Positions 35,401 to 43,920 of a stretch of DNA of 60,000 bases are shown here, one piece after another. The notes beneath the pieces are model-generated. The model did not search any database and had not been told where the DNA came from. It saw only the letters and a program-made list of their open reading frames with translations. The DNA comes from Felis catus (taxonomy: Eukaryota): positions 1,056,001 through 1,116,000 of the forward strand of contig NC_058369.1 of NCBI RefSeq assembly GCF_018350175.1, written 5' to 3'. Position numbers and translations under genes: made by a program. Numbering within the stretch: position 1 is the first letter of the stretch; every line of letters begins with the position of its first letter.

Positions 35401-38400
35401 GGTAAGATGCTGCCCTGCGTATCGTAACAATAGAGAGAATGTCCCAAAAGTCACGTTGATTGAGGGGCCATGAAGCATGAATCCCGACCCCCAACGCCCC
35501 CTAGACACCCCATTGCCACGCCCCAAAACCCAGCGAGGTGGGGAAGTTTTGCACCCGCTGCCCAGAGGGGCAGGCCCACACGGGGCGGGGGTGTCTGCTG
35601 TTCCTTGCTTGCTGCCTCTCACCTTGGAAGGATGCCATCTTCCTTATACTGGTCAGCTCGTGGTGGGTGACCGGCGGGGCCTGCCTGAACTTCAGGTTGG
35701 TCTCCCTGGTGATGAGACGGGGAGCAGGGTGAAGGTACGGATGGACGGTACCAGGGCAAGGCACCCGCAGCCCTTCCCAGACTCCCTCAGACACTCTCGC
35801 TAAGCACCGACCAGAACGCCGAGGCCCAGAGAGGGAGAGGGCCTCGCCCAAGGACGCACGGCGTTTTTGCCACAGGGCTGAGGCCACGCCCTAGGCCTTC
35901 TCATGCTCAGGCTGGCGCCCACGAGGGCCTCCAGAAATGTCGGCACAAAGGTAGGTCCCTTGCTCTGGCCCAACCTTTTGGCCCAGCTGGCTCGTAGGCA
36001 CCCCGCCACCGTGCCCGGGGCGAATGACCTAACTCTTCGCCCGCTGGGGAAGTTCTGGCATCCAGAGCCCCAGACCCCTAGTGATGGCCCACGGCTCACC
36101 CATCGATGTCCGCAGTTTCCACGTAGCACAAACTGCTGGGCTCGGTGCTGGCCAGCAGGAGTAAGTCGGCCTGGGGTTGGGAGGGGTGGGGGGCAACAGC
36201 ATTGCTCAGGGGGGACACAGGAGGAAGGCAAGGAGGAGGCAGCCCGCCCCCCCTGCGGTCGGCCGCCAGCTCACCGGGACGATGTTGTCTTTGTGCAGGC
36301 AGACCACGTCTCCCACATACAGGTCCTCCCACTTTCTCCACAGGAAGCTGCAGGGGCGGGGGCGGGGGTGGCAGTGAGGGGGGGTCCCTCCCAGGCCCAG
36401 CCTTGGCCACCCCAGCCGGGAGAGCGGGGCTTCCAGTCTGCAGGTCCTGGCCGCCCGCCCCCGGTCCTCCTGGAGGTCCGGCCTTCCTGGCCCCCCAGCC
36501 CCGGGTCCCAGGCCCTTTCAGATCTTCCCCGCCTCCGTCTTCAGCTGAACCCCCATCACAGGGCCCGTCCCGGCCTTGGTAGACAGCAGGCGCTTAAGTA
36601 GTGCCGGCTGGGCCGCTGTCAGGCTCAGCCAGGATGTCCAGGAACACAGAAGGTTCCGGGCCCTCCGCGAGGCACTCCTCCCTGGCCTGTCCCCGGTCCC
36701 GACAAGCCGTGCTGGGGGCCTCTTGCCCCGGGATGGACCCCACACATACACGGGGCCACGAGGCCTCACCTCTTCCCCACCAGGATCTGGCAAGGCCTGT
36801 TGTTGATGACTCTGTCGCTTCTGTGTCGCCCCTGGGCTGACAGGGGAGCGGGTCAGAGGGACGGCCCCGCCCCAGCCGGGCCCCCACGCCACCCCGGGGG
36901 GAAGGGCTGCTGGGCAGGAAGGCAGATTCTGCCTGGCCACACCACGCCCCTGGCGGTCTCTCATGCGACCTACCACAGCCCAGCACCCCCCACACCCAGG
37001 GCTCTGAGGACCCAGCCGGCCCCTCCACTCGCCAGGCACCCCGGCCACTTACGATGTCGTCCACCAGATCTCGGGTGGCCCGGATGACGAGGAGGCAGAT
37101 GAGCGGGACAAAAAAGAGTGAACCAGGGCAGCGTGGAGATCTCGGGGAGGCCCTGACGTGGAGGGCGGGTCATGCCAGCTGCCCCCCAGGCACCACCCTG
37201 CCCGCCTCCCGCTGCCCTCCCACCCGGCACACCCAGCCTTGCAGCCTGGCATCCCGTGTCCACCTGCTGACCACCCCAGCCCAGGGCCAGGCCCCTCTCC
37301 CCCCAGACCTTGGGACAACCACCCTCCTGTCCCTCTGGCCCCGGTCCCCATCACTGGTCCCTACCCCATGGTTTGATGTCACCCCTGCCTGCCCGAGGCA
37401 CCTGAAAACATGCATCAGGGCCACTGCTGGGTCCCCGGTGCCCAGCACACAGTAGGTGCTCAATAAACGTTTACTGGATCTTTACTCGGAACAGAATGAG
37501 ATGCTGGGTCAGGGTTCCCTGGAAACTGCCCACCCACCGAGAGAGGAAGGTGTCCAGGCTGGATGCCGGCCCCCCTCATGCCCCACCCAGATGCCCCAGA
37601 CAGTGGGAAGGGCCCCCACAGGTCCTGAGAACGCGCTTTGACCCCTGATTGTTCCTTGCCCTCTGGGTTTGGCTCGGAGGGCTGGGGCCAAAGGCGGTAT
37701 GTCTGAAGCTGTCCATCCTGACGGGGGCGGGGCGGGGGGGGGGGGCGTGCCCTCCTTGACCTGAAGGAGCCACGCACACACCTCCCATAATTCCTCATGT
37801 ATCGAGCACTCCTCTGTGCCAGGCCGTGGGCTGTGCAGTGGGGACCCAGCAATGAGCGTGGGGGGACAGACCTTGCTCCACAAACCACACAGACAACTGC
37901 ACAGTGAAACTGCCCTGGGTCTACAGAGCCGTGGGGCAAAGGGTAGTCAGGGAGGGCTCCCTGGAGGAGGCAATGCGGGCAGGCGGCTGACCCCTCCGCA
38001 CCTGGAGAATGATGATGAAAAGGAAGTAGAGGTTGGACACGCGGTGGAACTGCTCATACAGGTTCAGGGGCAAGAAGGAGAAGACGTTGTACTTGGCCGT
38101 GTGGATGACATTGCTCTGGAACGACAGCCAGCGTGGGATTGCTGCCCGGCCGGGAGGCCCCTCGCCCGCCTGCCCCGCCTTCTGGCCGCTACCAGCATTG
38201 ATTGAGCACCTACTGAATGCAAGGTCTTGAGCCAGAGTTTACTGAGTGCCCAAGGGAGGCAAAGCCTTAAGCCAGCATTGACCGAGCCCCTCCTGGGCGC
38301 AAAGACTCGGGGAGCAGAGCCGTGAGCTCGGCGTTTCCCAAAGCGAGGCGCACGCAAGAGGTTTTAGGTGGGGCCCCGTGAACATCTTGCACTTTGGAGG

Positions 38401-38775
38401 TTTCATATTAATATAACTTAACTCAAACTGGGGTGGGGGGGGGCGCCAGCACCCAGCTGGGGGTGTTACAGTCCTGGGGACTGAAGTTCAGGGCGGGTAC
38501 TGCGGGGGAGGGGGGCAGAGACCGGGGCGCCCACCTTATACTTCCTCCTCTGCCGGCACAGGAAAGACTTCTCCTTGAACTGGCTGTTGTAGTCCCTGCT
38601 GTTGGCTTCCAGCTCCCAGGTGAACGCTGAAGCCAGAGAGAGCAGGGCATCTCGCAGGGCAGCAAACACAGGCTAACGACACCCCAGAGGAGGGCCCGAG
38701 GGGCCCCGGGGGGACCCAGCCCTGGGGACGCTCAGCTCACGGACAGGGAGCTGGTAAACAAACAGGACGGCCCGC

Positions 38776-38827
<52 letters not shown>

Positions 38828-39921
38828 CGCACAGTAAACTCAGGGGGAACGCCCCTCGTCCTGCCGCCCTGGGCCAGTCCCTAGGCCAAGAAGAGAACAG
38901 GCTCTGGGAGACCCCTTCACACCCACTCCTTCCTGAGTCTAGCATTCTCGGTCATCGGCTTTGGGACCGTCAGCCGGCGAGCACCCACACTGGGCCTCCT
39001 CGGTACCCCCCTCAGCCACTGCACTTCGTGATGGCCCTCGGCCCCCTCGCCAGGACCCAGGACACGCACCGGAGTTCTTCTCCTCCTCGAGGTCCTCTCG
39101 GTAGGCGAGGCTGCCCATGCTGGTGGGGCTGCGGGGAGAGGGCCCCAGGTCGCACCAGCAGCCCGGACGGTGCCCGCTTCTCTGCCCCGCCCCAGGGCTC
39201 TGACGTTCCAGCCGCCGGATGTGTCCTTCTCTGGCCGTCCTCAGGCCTGGCGGGGCCCCGGCTGCCCCTCAAACCTGCGACAGCCTCACACCCAGCAGCT
39301 CCCAAGCTAGCAACCCAAGGTCGCCTCGTCTTCCCCCGTTACGGCCCATCGCTGGGGTGAGGGGTTCTACCTCGGGCCGCTGCTCCCCGCCTGCCCCCGT
39401 CAGCTCTCCTGGGAGGCCCACACCCACGTCCTCCCGGGTCTTCCTGCCGCCCCTCCTGCCCCAATCCCCGCCCGGCACACCCAGCCCACTGAGGTGCTCC
39501 GCCAGTGTTTGCTGAGTGACTAAATGGGGCCCCAGGGCTATATGTTAGATCTCAGGTACACGAGGGCCAAGCTACCCAGAGAGGTCTGAGCATGGTCTCA
39601 GGGCGGCTAACCCTGACGGGGGAGATGCAGGCGACCCCAGACCTCCCACGGAGCCTGGAACCTTCCCACCATCTAGTTCACGCTTGGTCCTTGCCCTTAG
39701 ACGCCAGGAATCGGAGTCTGCCCAGGGGACCCACAGCAGCCACCAGCACTCAGCAGCCCCCCGCCTCCGGGCACTGGGCTGGCTGTCCCCCTGGAGGGGC
39801 TTTCCCCGCATGCGCGGTCAGTGCGTCCTCACCGTTCTGGTCTCAGCTCGTACTTCTCAGACCGTCCGCCCTTCTTCAGGCGCCTCCTCTGGGCTCCCCC
39901 TCTACCTGGGGCGTCCCCCAT
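21796..39921 (-). CDS. ATP8B3: ATP8B3 phospholipid-transporting P4-ATPase, whole spliced CDS (28 coding exons, ~1381 aa if the 37110-37115 indel is corrected)
   Basis: All introns GT-AG and phase-consistent except one exon that is 1 nt too long. Motifs [54 protein letters not shown], and C-terminal RRSSYAFSH. Confidence 0.95.
22805..23222 (-). mobile_element. Old L1 (L1MB-like) 3' end fragment
   Basis: Resembles recalled L1M 3' UTR antisense (cataac...cccatttaacc...ccatctccagaactttccatc...gtgagtggagtcac...ccatccacatggt). Confidence 0.7.
23534..23661 (-). CDS. ATP8B3: ATP8B3 coding exon [13 protein letters not shown]...KPRPK
   Basis: AG/GT flanks, 128 nt. Confidence 0.92.
23950..24088 (-). 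CDS. ATP8B3: ATP8B3 coding exon AILIIKYWT...TFPFL
   Basis: AG/GT flanks, 139 nt. Confidence 0.92.
24282..24521 (-). CDS. ATP8B3: ATP8B3 coding exon [14 protein letters not shown]...SITAE
   Basis: AG/GT flanks, 240 nt. Confidence 0.93.
24679..24762 (-). CDS. ATP8B3: ATP8B3 coding exon [28 protein letters not shown]
   Basis: AG/GT flanks, 84 nt. Confidence 0.93.
25300..25740 (+). mobile_element. Old L1 (L1MC-like) 3' UTR fragment
   Basis: agaaccggggttcctt...ggggcagggaaagtacaaaatgagcc...ccagaaag resembles recalled L1MC consensus. Confidence 0.5.
25800..26390 (+). mobile_element. Degenerate L1 ORF2 reverse transcriptase fragment, split by a SINE
   Basis: ctggaagtcctagccagagcaatt (LEVLARAI) and ctctctctttgcagaggacacaatcctatat...ctcctagaa (decayed LSLFADDMILY...LLE). 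Confidence 0.8.
25929..26170 (+). mobile_element. CAN-SINE (felid type)
   Basis: ggctcagtcggttaagcgtccgacttcggctcaggtcacgatctc...aaaaataaataaacatt. Confidence 0.92.
26627..26850 (-). CDS. ATP8B3: ATP8B3 coding exon ADIGVGLAG...LLVHGRWSY...GFTAQ
   Basis: AG/GT flanks, 224 nt. Confidence 0.94.
26938..27331 (-). CDS. ATP8B3: ATP8B3 coding exon [10 protein letters not shown]...CCRVTPKQK...[11 protein letters not shown]
   Basis: AG/GT flanks, 394 nt. Confidence 0.94.
27555..27672 (-). CDS. ATP8B3: ATP8B3 coding exon RILEAHWG...VINGEFL
   Basis: AG/GT flanks, 118 nt. Confidence 0.9.
27837..27912 (-). CDS. ATP8B3: ATP8B3 coding exon [13 protein letters not shown]...EEKEI
   Basis: AG/GT flanks, 76 nt. 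Confidence 0.92.
28346..28552 (+). mobile_element. Young felid CAN-SINE (SINEC_Fc-like) with TSD
   Basis: ggggcgcctgggtggcgcagtcggttaagcg...; direct repeat ttaagtactttgtgtg at 28325-28340 and 28555-28570. Confidence 0.95.
28989..29100 (-). CDS. ATP8B3: ATP8B3 coding exon [15 protein letters not shown]...VLTGDKQ
   Basis: AG/GT flanks, 112 nt. Confidence 0.93.
29183..29347 (-). CDS. ATP8B3: ATP8B3 coding exon [14 protein letters not shown]...EKGLQ
   Basis: AG/GT flanks, 165 nt. Confidence 0.92.
29836..29948 (-). CDS. ATP8B3: ATP8B3 coding exon [16 protein letters not shown]...EEALA
   Basis: AG/GT flanks, 113 nt. Confidence 0.93.
30027..30218 (-). CDS. ATP8B3: ATP8B3 coding exon [16 protein letters not shown]...RKRMSVL
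   Basis: NAGNAG acceptor (start 30218 or 30215), donor g|gtgagt. Confidence 0.92.
30600..30756 (-). CDS. ATP8B3: ATP8B3 coding exon [12 protein letters not shown]...[13 protein letters not shown]
   Basis: AG/GT flanks, 157 nt. Confidence 0.9.
30846..30877 (-). CDS. ATP8B3: ATP8B3 small coding exon [11 protein letters not shown]
   Basis: tttccccag| ... aag|gtgagc, 32 nt, restores phase. Confidence 0.85.
31210..31250. repeat. (CA)n microsatellite
   Basis: Direct reading. Confidence 0.9.
31530..31719 (+). mobile_element. CAN-SINE, 1st of cluster
   Basis: ggggcgcctgggtggctcagttgg... A-rich tail. Confidence 0.9.
31728..31939 (+). mobile_element. Young felid CAN-SINE, 2nd of cluster
   Basis: Full-length; flanked by taaaaagagagagag repeats. 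Confidence 0.93.
31950..32159 (+). mobile_element. CAN-SINE, 3rd of cluster
   Basis: Full-length; followed by (AG)n. Confidence 0.92.
32270..32506 (+). mobile_element. CAN-SINE, 4th of cluster (diverged 5' end)
   Basis: ggctcaggtcgtgatctcacaggtcgtgagttcgggcccc..., (CT)n, A tail. Confidence 0.85.
32508..32755 (+). mobile_element. Young felid CAN-SINE, 5th of cluster
   Basis: Full-length with (TAAAA)n tail. Confidence 0.93.
33042..33250 (-). CDS. ATP8B3: ATP8B3 coding exon with phosphorylation site DKTGT
   Basis: AG/GT flanks, 209 nt, [21 protein letters not shown]. Confidence 0.95.
33367..33557 (-). CDS. ATP8B3: ATP8B3 coding exon IFLFLVLIS...[10 protein letters not shown] (TM3-TM4)
   Basis: AG/GT flanks, 191 nt. 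Confidence 0.92.
34018..34106 (-). CDS. ATP8B3: ATP8B3 coding exon GFDTKIMRN...NRLVAL
   Basis: AG/GT flanks, 89 nt. Confidence 0.93.
34199..34357 (-). CDS. ATP8B3: ATP8B3 coding exon GKVVCEEPN...LLRGC...GLVIYA
   Basis: AG/GT flanks, 159 nt. Confidence 0.93.
35623..35705 (-). CDS. ATP8B3: ATP8B3 coding exon ETNLKFRQA...MASFQ
   Basis: AG/GT flanks, 83 nt, completes DGETN. Confidence 0.93.
36100..36170 (-). CDS. ATP8B3: ATP8B3 coding exon [24 protein letters not shown]
   Basis: AG/GT flanks, 71 nt, actuator domain. Confidence 0.93.
36275..36347 (-). CDS. ATP8B3: ATP8B3 coding exon [24 protein letters not shown]
   Basis: AG/GT flanks, 73 nt. Confidence 0.92.
36770..36831 (-). CDS. ATP8B3: ATP8B3 coding exon [20 protein letters not shown]
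   Basis: AG/GT flanks, 62 nt. Confidence 0.92.
37053..37152 (-). CDS. ATP8B3: ATP8B3 coding exon [33 protein letters not shown] (TM2), carrying a +1 indel
   Basis: AG/GT flanks; 100 nt where 99 keeps frame; T6 run at 37110-37115. Confidence 0.9.
37425..37480 (+). mobile_element. L2 3' end remnant
   Basis: gtgcccagcacacagtaggtgctcaataaacgtttactg; a similar piece lies at ~34755-34800. Confidence 0.6.
38002..38115 (-). CDS. ATP8B3: ATP8B3 coding exon [10 protein letters not shown]...IIILQ (TM1)
   Basis: AG/GT flanks, 114 nt, P4-ATPase N-terminal motif TAKYN..FLP.NLYEQF. Confidence 0.93.
38535..38626 (-). CDS. ATP8B3: ATP8B3 coding exon [11 protein letters not shown]...RRKYK
   Basis: AG/GT flanks, 92 nt. 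Confidence 0.9.
38778..38826. repeat. Poly-C run (~49 nt)
   Basis: Direct reading. Confidence 0.9.
39070..39128 (-). CDS. ATP8B3: ATP8B3 coding exon [19 protein letters not shown]
   Basis: ccccgcag| ... g|gtgcgt, 59 nt, phase fits neighbours. Confidence 0.85.
39833..39921 (-). CDS. ATP8B3: ATP8B3 first coding segment MGDAPGRGG...KYELRPE
   Basis: ATG at 39921-39919, 89 nt to donor cg|gtgagg (phase 2); in-frame TGA upstream at 39993-39991. Confidence 0.75.
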
Positions 39922-40289
39922 CCCAGTCCTGCTCCCCCTCCCTGCTCTGCTTCTCTCCCTGTCTGGGCTGCCTGCTGAACTCAGAACCTCTCAGGGCAAA
40001 GACGGCTGGCATCCGAGCCAACCGTGTCCCCAGGCCCCGAGTGGGAGGACCTGGCTCACAACCAGTTCTGCTGCTCCCGGGAGCCTGAGCGGGGCCAGTG
40101 CCCATTCACCGGATAGGGAGAAGTGAGGCTCAGGGCGAGCGAGGCTTAGCCAGTGGGACCCAGAGCCCGGGAGACCCAGCGGAGGGCAGACGGGGTCGGA
40201 GGAAAGCTGAGGTGGACAGAATCCACCCCACGTTTATGGGGGGGGCAGGAAGACGCCCCCCACCAGGGCTGGCTTCCCTTTCCTTCCCA

Positions 40290-40830
40290 CCCTCAGCTCA
40301 CCGGAAGCCTCGAGCATCCCGCAGCGGCGGCGGCCCAGACGCCGGGGCCTCCACAGGACCCCGGGCGCTCCGGCACCCCCACTGGGCTCCGCTCCGCGAG
40401 AACCTCCAGGGACGCCCCGCCGCGGCCGCCGCGACCTCACGCCCTCAGGCGGGGCGGAGTCCAGAGAGGGTGCGAGGGCACCCGAGGACGCACAGTAGCG
40501 GGAGCGCCGCCGCTCACCCGCGCGGGCCGGGGCGGGTGGTCCTCGGGCGGCCAGGGCGGCGGACGTGCCGGAGCTGTTAGCCGGGTGCCAACCGGCCTGA
40601 AACGGGCGGCGCGGGCGCGGGACGGGGCTGGGGCGGCGCGGGGGCGGGCCCGGGGGCGGGGCCTTGTCACGCTGGGCGGCCCCGAGGGGCGGGGCTTTTG
40701 CCGTGCTGGGCGGGCCCGAGGGGCGGGCCCGGGTGGGCTTAGGGGCGGGGCTTTGTCGTGCTGGGCGGGCCCGGGGCGGGCCGGGGGGCGGGGTCCTGAG
40801 AAACAGGGCGGGCCCGCGGCATCGGGGGCA
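40290..40830 (-). promoter_or_regulatory. ATP8B3: ATP8B3 CpG-island promoter and probable non-coding exon 1
   Basis: Very CpG-dense; many GGGGCGGGG GC boxes; good minus-strand donor cgg|gtgagc at 40518/40517. Confidence 0.7.
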
Positions 40831-42972
40831 GGGCTGGTGGGGTCTTGCAGAGAGCAGGAGGTGAGGCGGGGTTTCACCGGGCGAACCTAGACAGAAGTCA
40901 AGGTGGGGCGGGGCAGAGACTTACGGAGAGGACCGGGGTGGTGGGGACCCGGCAGAGATGGAGGCTTGGCGGGGGGGGGGCCTCTGGAGTGGTGGCAGGC
41001 GGCGGTGCGGGGCTGGGGAGCGGCAGGCCCAGATCCAGGGTTGGGTCTTTGCAAGGAGCTGAGGGTTGTCAAGATAGGGGCAGGCTGGGACTGGGGAGGA
41101 TCAGTGGGCGGGACCTTGCACCGCAGGGCGGGATAGGGGGGCCTCGATTCGGGCCTGGGTACTAATCGGCCCCTAATTTAGGGGCGGAACCTTGTAAAGC
41201 AGACCCTTAAAGTAGAGTGGATTGGTCCTGGCCGAGGTTGGACGGGACCAGAGTGGGGCTAGGGACAGAGGAAGGACGCACAGGTAATCACAGGTCTGAC
41301 CTGCGTCCTGGGTTTTCACTCCCTCATCCGGCACCCATTAATGAGCACCTTCTAAGCTCAGGTGCAGTGTTAGGTGCTGGGCTGGGGGAGGTAAAAGAGA
41401 CCGTTAGAGGAAGCCCACGAAGTTCTGGCCCGGTGTGAGCCCACCCAGCGGGCGACCAGGGCTCTGAGGGCCTTCCTGAAGGTGACAGGGGTGGGAGACA
41501 GCCACGAGGCTGGGGGAGCTGGGCGGGGGGGGGGGGCTTGAGCCAGGGTGGGGGGACTGCTGAAGCTAGGGTCCCCAGCAGTGGGGACTCAGGAAGAGGG
41601 GCAAACTTGGGCGGACACAAGAGATGATTGAACGCTTTCATATTTTCACTCTTAGAAATCCTCTGGGAAATATGGAAATTAGGAAGGTAGTTGGTTCCGG
41701 GCACTTTCACACTGTCACCACCTTCCCCCCTCTGCCCTGCGCTGGACTCCATGCCCAGCCTCCCCTCTCCACCTGGCACTGGGGCCCTTCATAGCATCAC
41801 CTATGAGCAAATGTTGGTGATGAGGGAGCCATGGGGTGGTGAGGACAGCACACAGGCTGTGACCACCCCCCCCACCCCCCACCCCCCGTCAGAGCAGCAA
41901 CCTCCCCACTCCCTCTTCCTAGGAAGCCTGGTCTGCACACCCTCCTTGGCCTTTGAGGGTGGGCGGGGGGATGGGCACTGGTAAACCTCTTATTCATTCA
42001 CTCAACAAACACCCAGCCCGTACCCAGTGGTTAATGAGAAGGACCCAGGGGACCCCATTCCCTCCCTGCAGCCCCAAGAGCCTCATTGGCCAGCTGAAAG
42101 CTTGCACCCCTCCTCTGGGTCTCCCTGGGGGGCTCGTTATGCTCTGGGGAAAGGGAACGACACCACACAGAAACAGAAATGGCCCTGCACCATTTATTTA
42201 GAAAGTTACTTGTTTACAGAAGAGGTGGGAGAAAGTCAAATGGTCAGAACAGCCTCAGGGGGACACAACAGTGGCCGGGGCCCCGACTCAGTCACCACTC
42301 CCCAGTGAGGGCCCCTCAGGATCTGGAGGGCACCCAGTCCTCGGCAGCGCTGACCCAGGGCGCTTCGGGGGTAGAGGCTGCCGTGTCCTCAGCCTGGGAC
42401 CCTGCCCTCTTGGCCTTTAGCAGAAGCCAAAGTGGGAGTGGCAGGGGCCCTCCTCCAAAAGCCCTCCTGCCTCCACACATAGGGCGCCCCCCACCTGCCC
42501 CTCCACAGGCTCATCTCTGGCTGCACTTTGTGTCTTAAATGGACTAACCGTGGAGACCTCAACACCCCCAAGAGGCACAAGTGACAGGCCGAGTGCATCA
42601 CTGAGCCCCGTGCACACAAGCACCTCCCGGGAGCAGCGGGCCGGCACTTGGGGAGGGGGCAGGTGGCCACCCTCCCCTGTCCGCGTTAGCTCCTCAGACA
42701 CAGCACGGTGGCTCTCCAGGGCTCCTGGCTCCCCACCCCACGGATAAGCAAGACAGCCAGCCAAGCCACCTCCACCATCGCAGAGCCCCAAGGGGGCCAG
42801 AAGCGTGACGGGCCCGGGGACCGCAGGAGATGGTTTTCGGGAAGATGAACAAGGTTCCATTTCCGCTTCCCCAATTAGGGGCAGACCCGACCCTGGGGGC
42901 AGCTGAGTGTGGAGCCTCACCAGGCACCAAGAACACCACCAGACGCCATGAGATCTAAAATCCATACAAACA

Positions 42973-42978
42973 TTTATT
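42973..42978 (-). terminator. REXO1 main poly(A) signal
   Basis: Minus-strand AATAAA ~860 nt after the stop, followed by a GU-rich tract. Confidence 0.7.
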
Positions 42979-43831
42979 CTGTTCCTGCCTCGGGTCAGGG
43001 GACCAGGGGTCAGGGCCCTAGGGGGGCTGCAGGCCTTTACAGACAGCCCCTGGGGGGGAGGGCGGGGCTCCAGCAGGAAGACAGGGTCCAGAGGCTGGTG
43101 GGCCCTGGAGGGGTCCCGAAGGCGAGGCCCTGGGGGGTGGCGGAGGGGCTGGCTTCGTTCCCAGAGGTCACGGAGTCCAGGTGGGTCTGGGGAGGCCAGT
43201 TTCCACCTGCTCGGCCCGGGCCAGACTGGACTCTCCGTCCTGGTGGCTGCCAAGGTGCCGGCTTCCGGCCCTCCGACTTCTCCCCCCCGCCCCCCCCGCT
43301 CCCCCGCCCCCAACGGGGAAGGCAGCACCAGGGTCTTCCTTTTCCGGTGGGGAAAGACAACTGTGCGAATCGCCAGGTTTAAATTACAAGTAATAAAAAT
43401 AACAATACAAAATAAAAAAAGACAACCCCTGTCTCAAACACACCCGTGAAAAGCCTGCCCGGCAGGAGAAGGGGCAGGGGCGGGAGGCCTGGCTGCCAGG
43501 GACTCCGCAGGGCCCTCTGGGTGCCGGGTGGGGTCTGTCCCGGTCCCGTCTGGGAATGAGCAGCAGTCTCCGGAGGACAGAGTTTGGGGGGGGTGGGGGG
43601 AGAGGCGGGGGCGGCGCAAGGGGGCCAGGTCGGGAGGTGGGGGGGGGGGGGGTGTCAGGGCTCCAGGTGGTCTCGGCTTGGGGCTCTGGTGCCGCCGGCT
43701 CGTCCCGCTCTCTCTGTTTCCATGTCTCGGCGACGTGGACAGGGTTAGCTCTCGAGATTTATTGCACTGTTTTGGAAGAGGCCTGGGGTAGAGGCCGGGC
43801 CGGGGCTGCGGGAGAGGCGGGCAGGCGGCGG

Positions 43832-43920
43832 TCACCGCTTGGTCTTGGCGTCTTCTCGGATCTTCCAGATCACCAGGTGCATGCAGGCGCTGGCGTCCTC
43901 GCTGGAGCTGTGCCCGTCCA
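43832..43920 (-). CDS. REXO1: REXO1 exon 16 DGHSSSEDA...AKTKR*
   Basis: Acceptor ccgcag|, ExoIII motif, TGA at 43834-43832. Confidence 0.94.
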
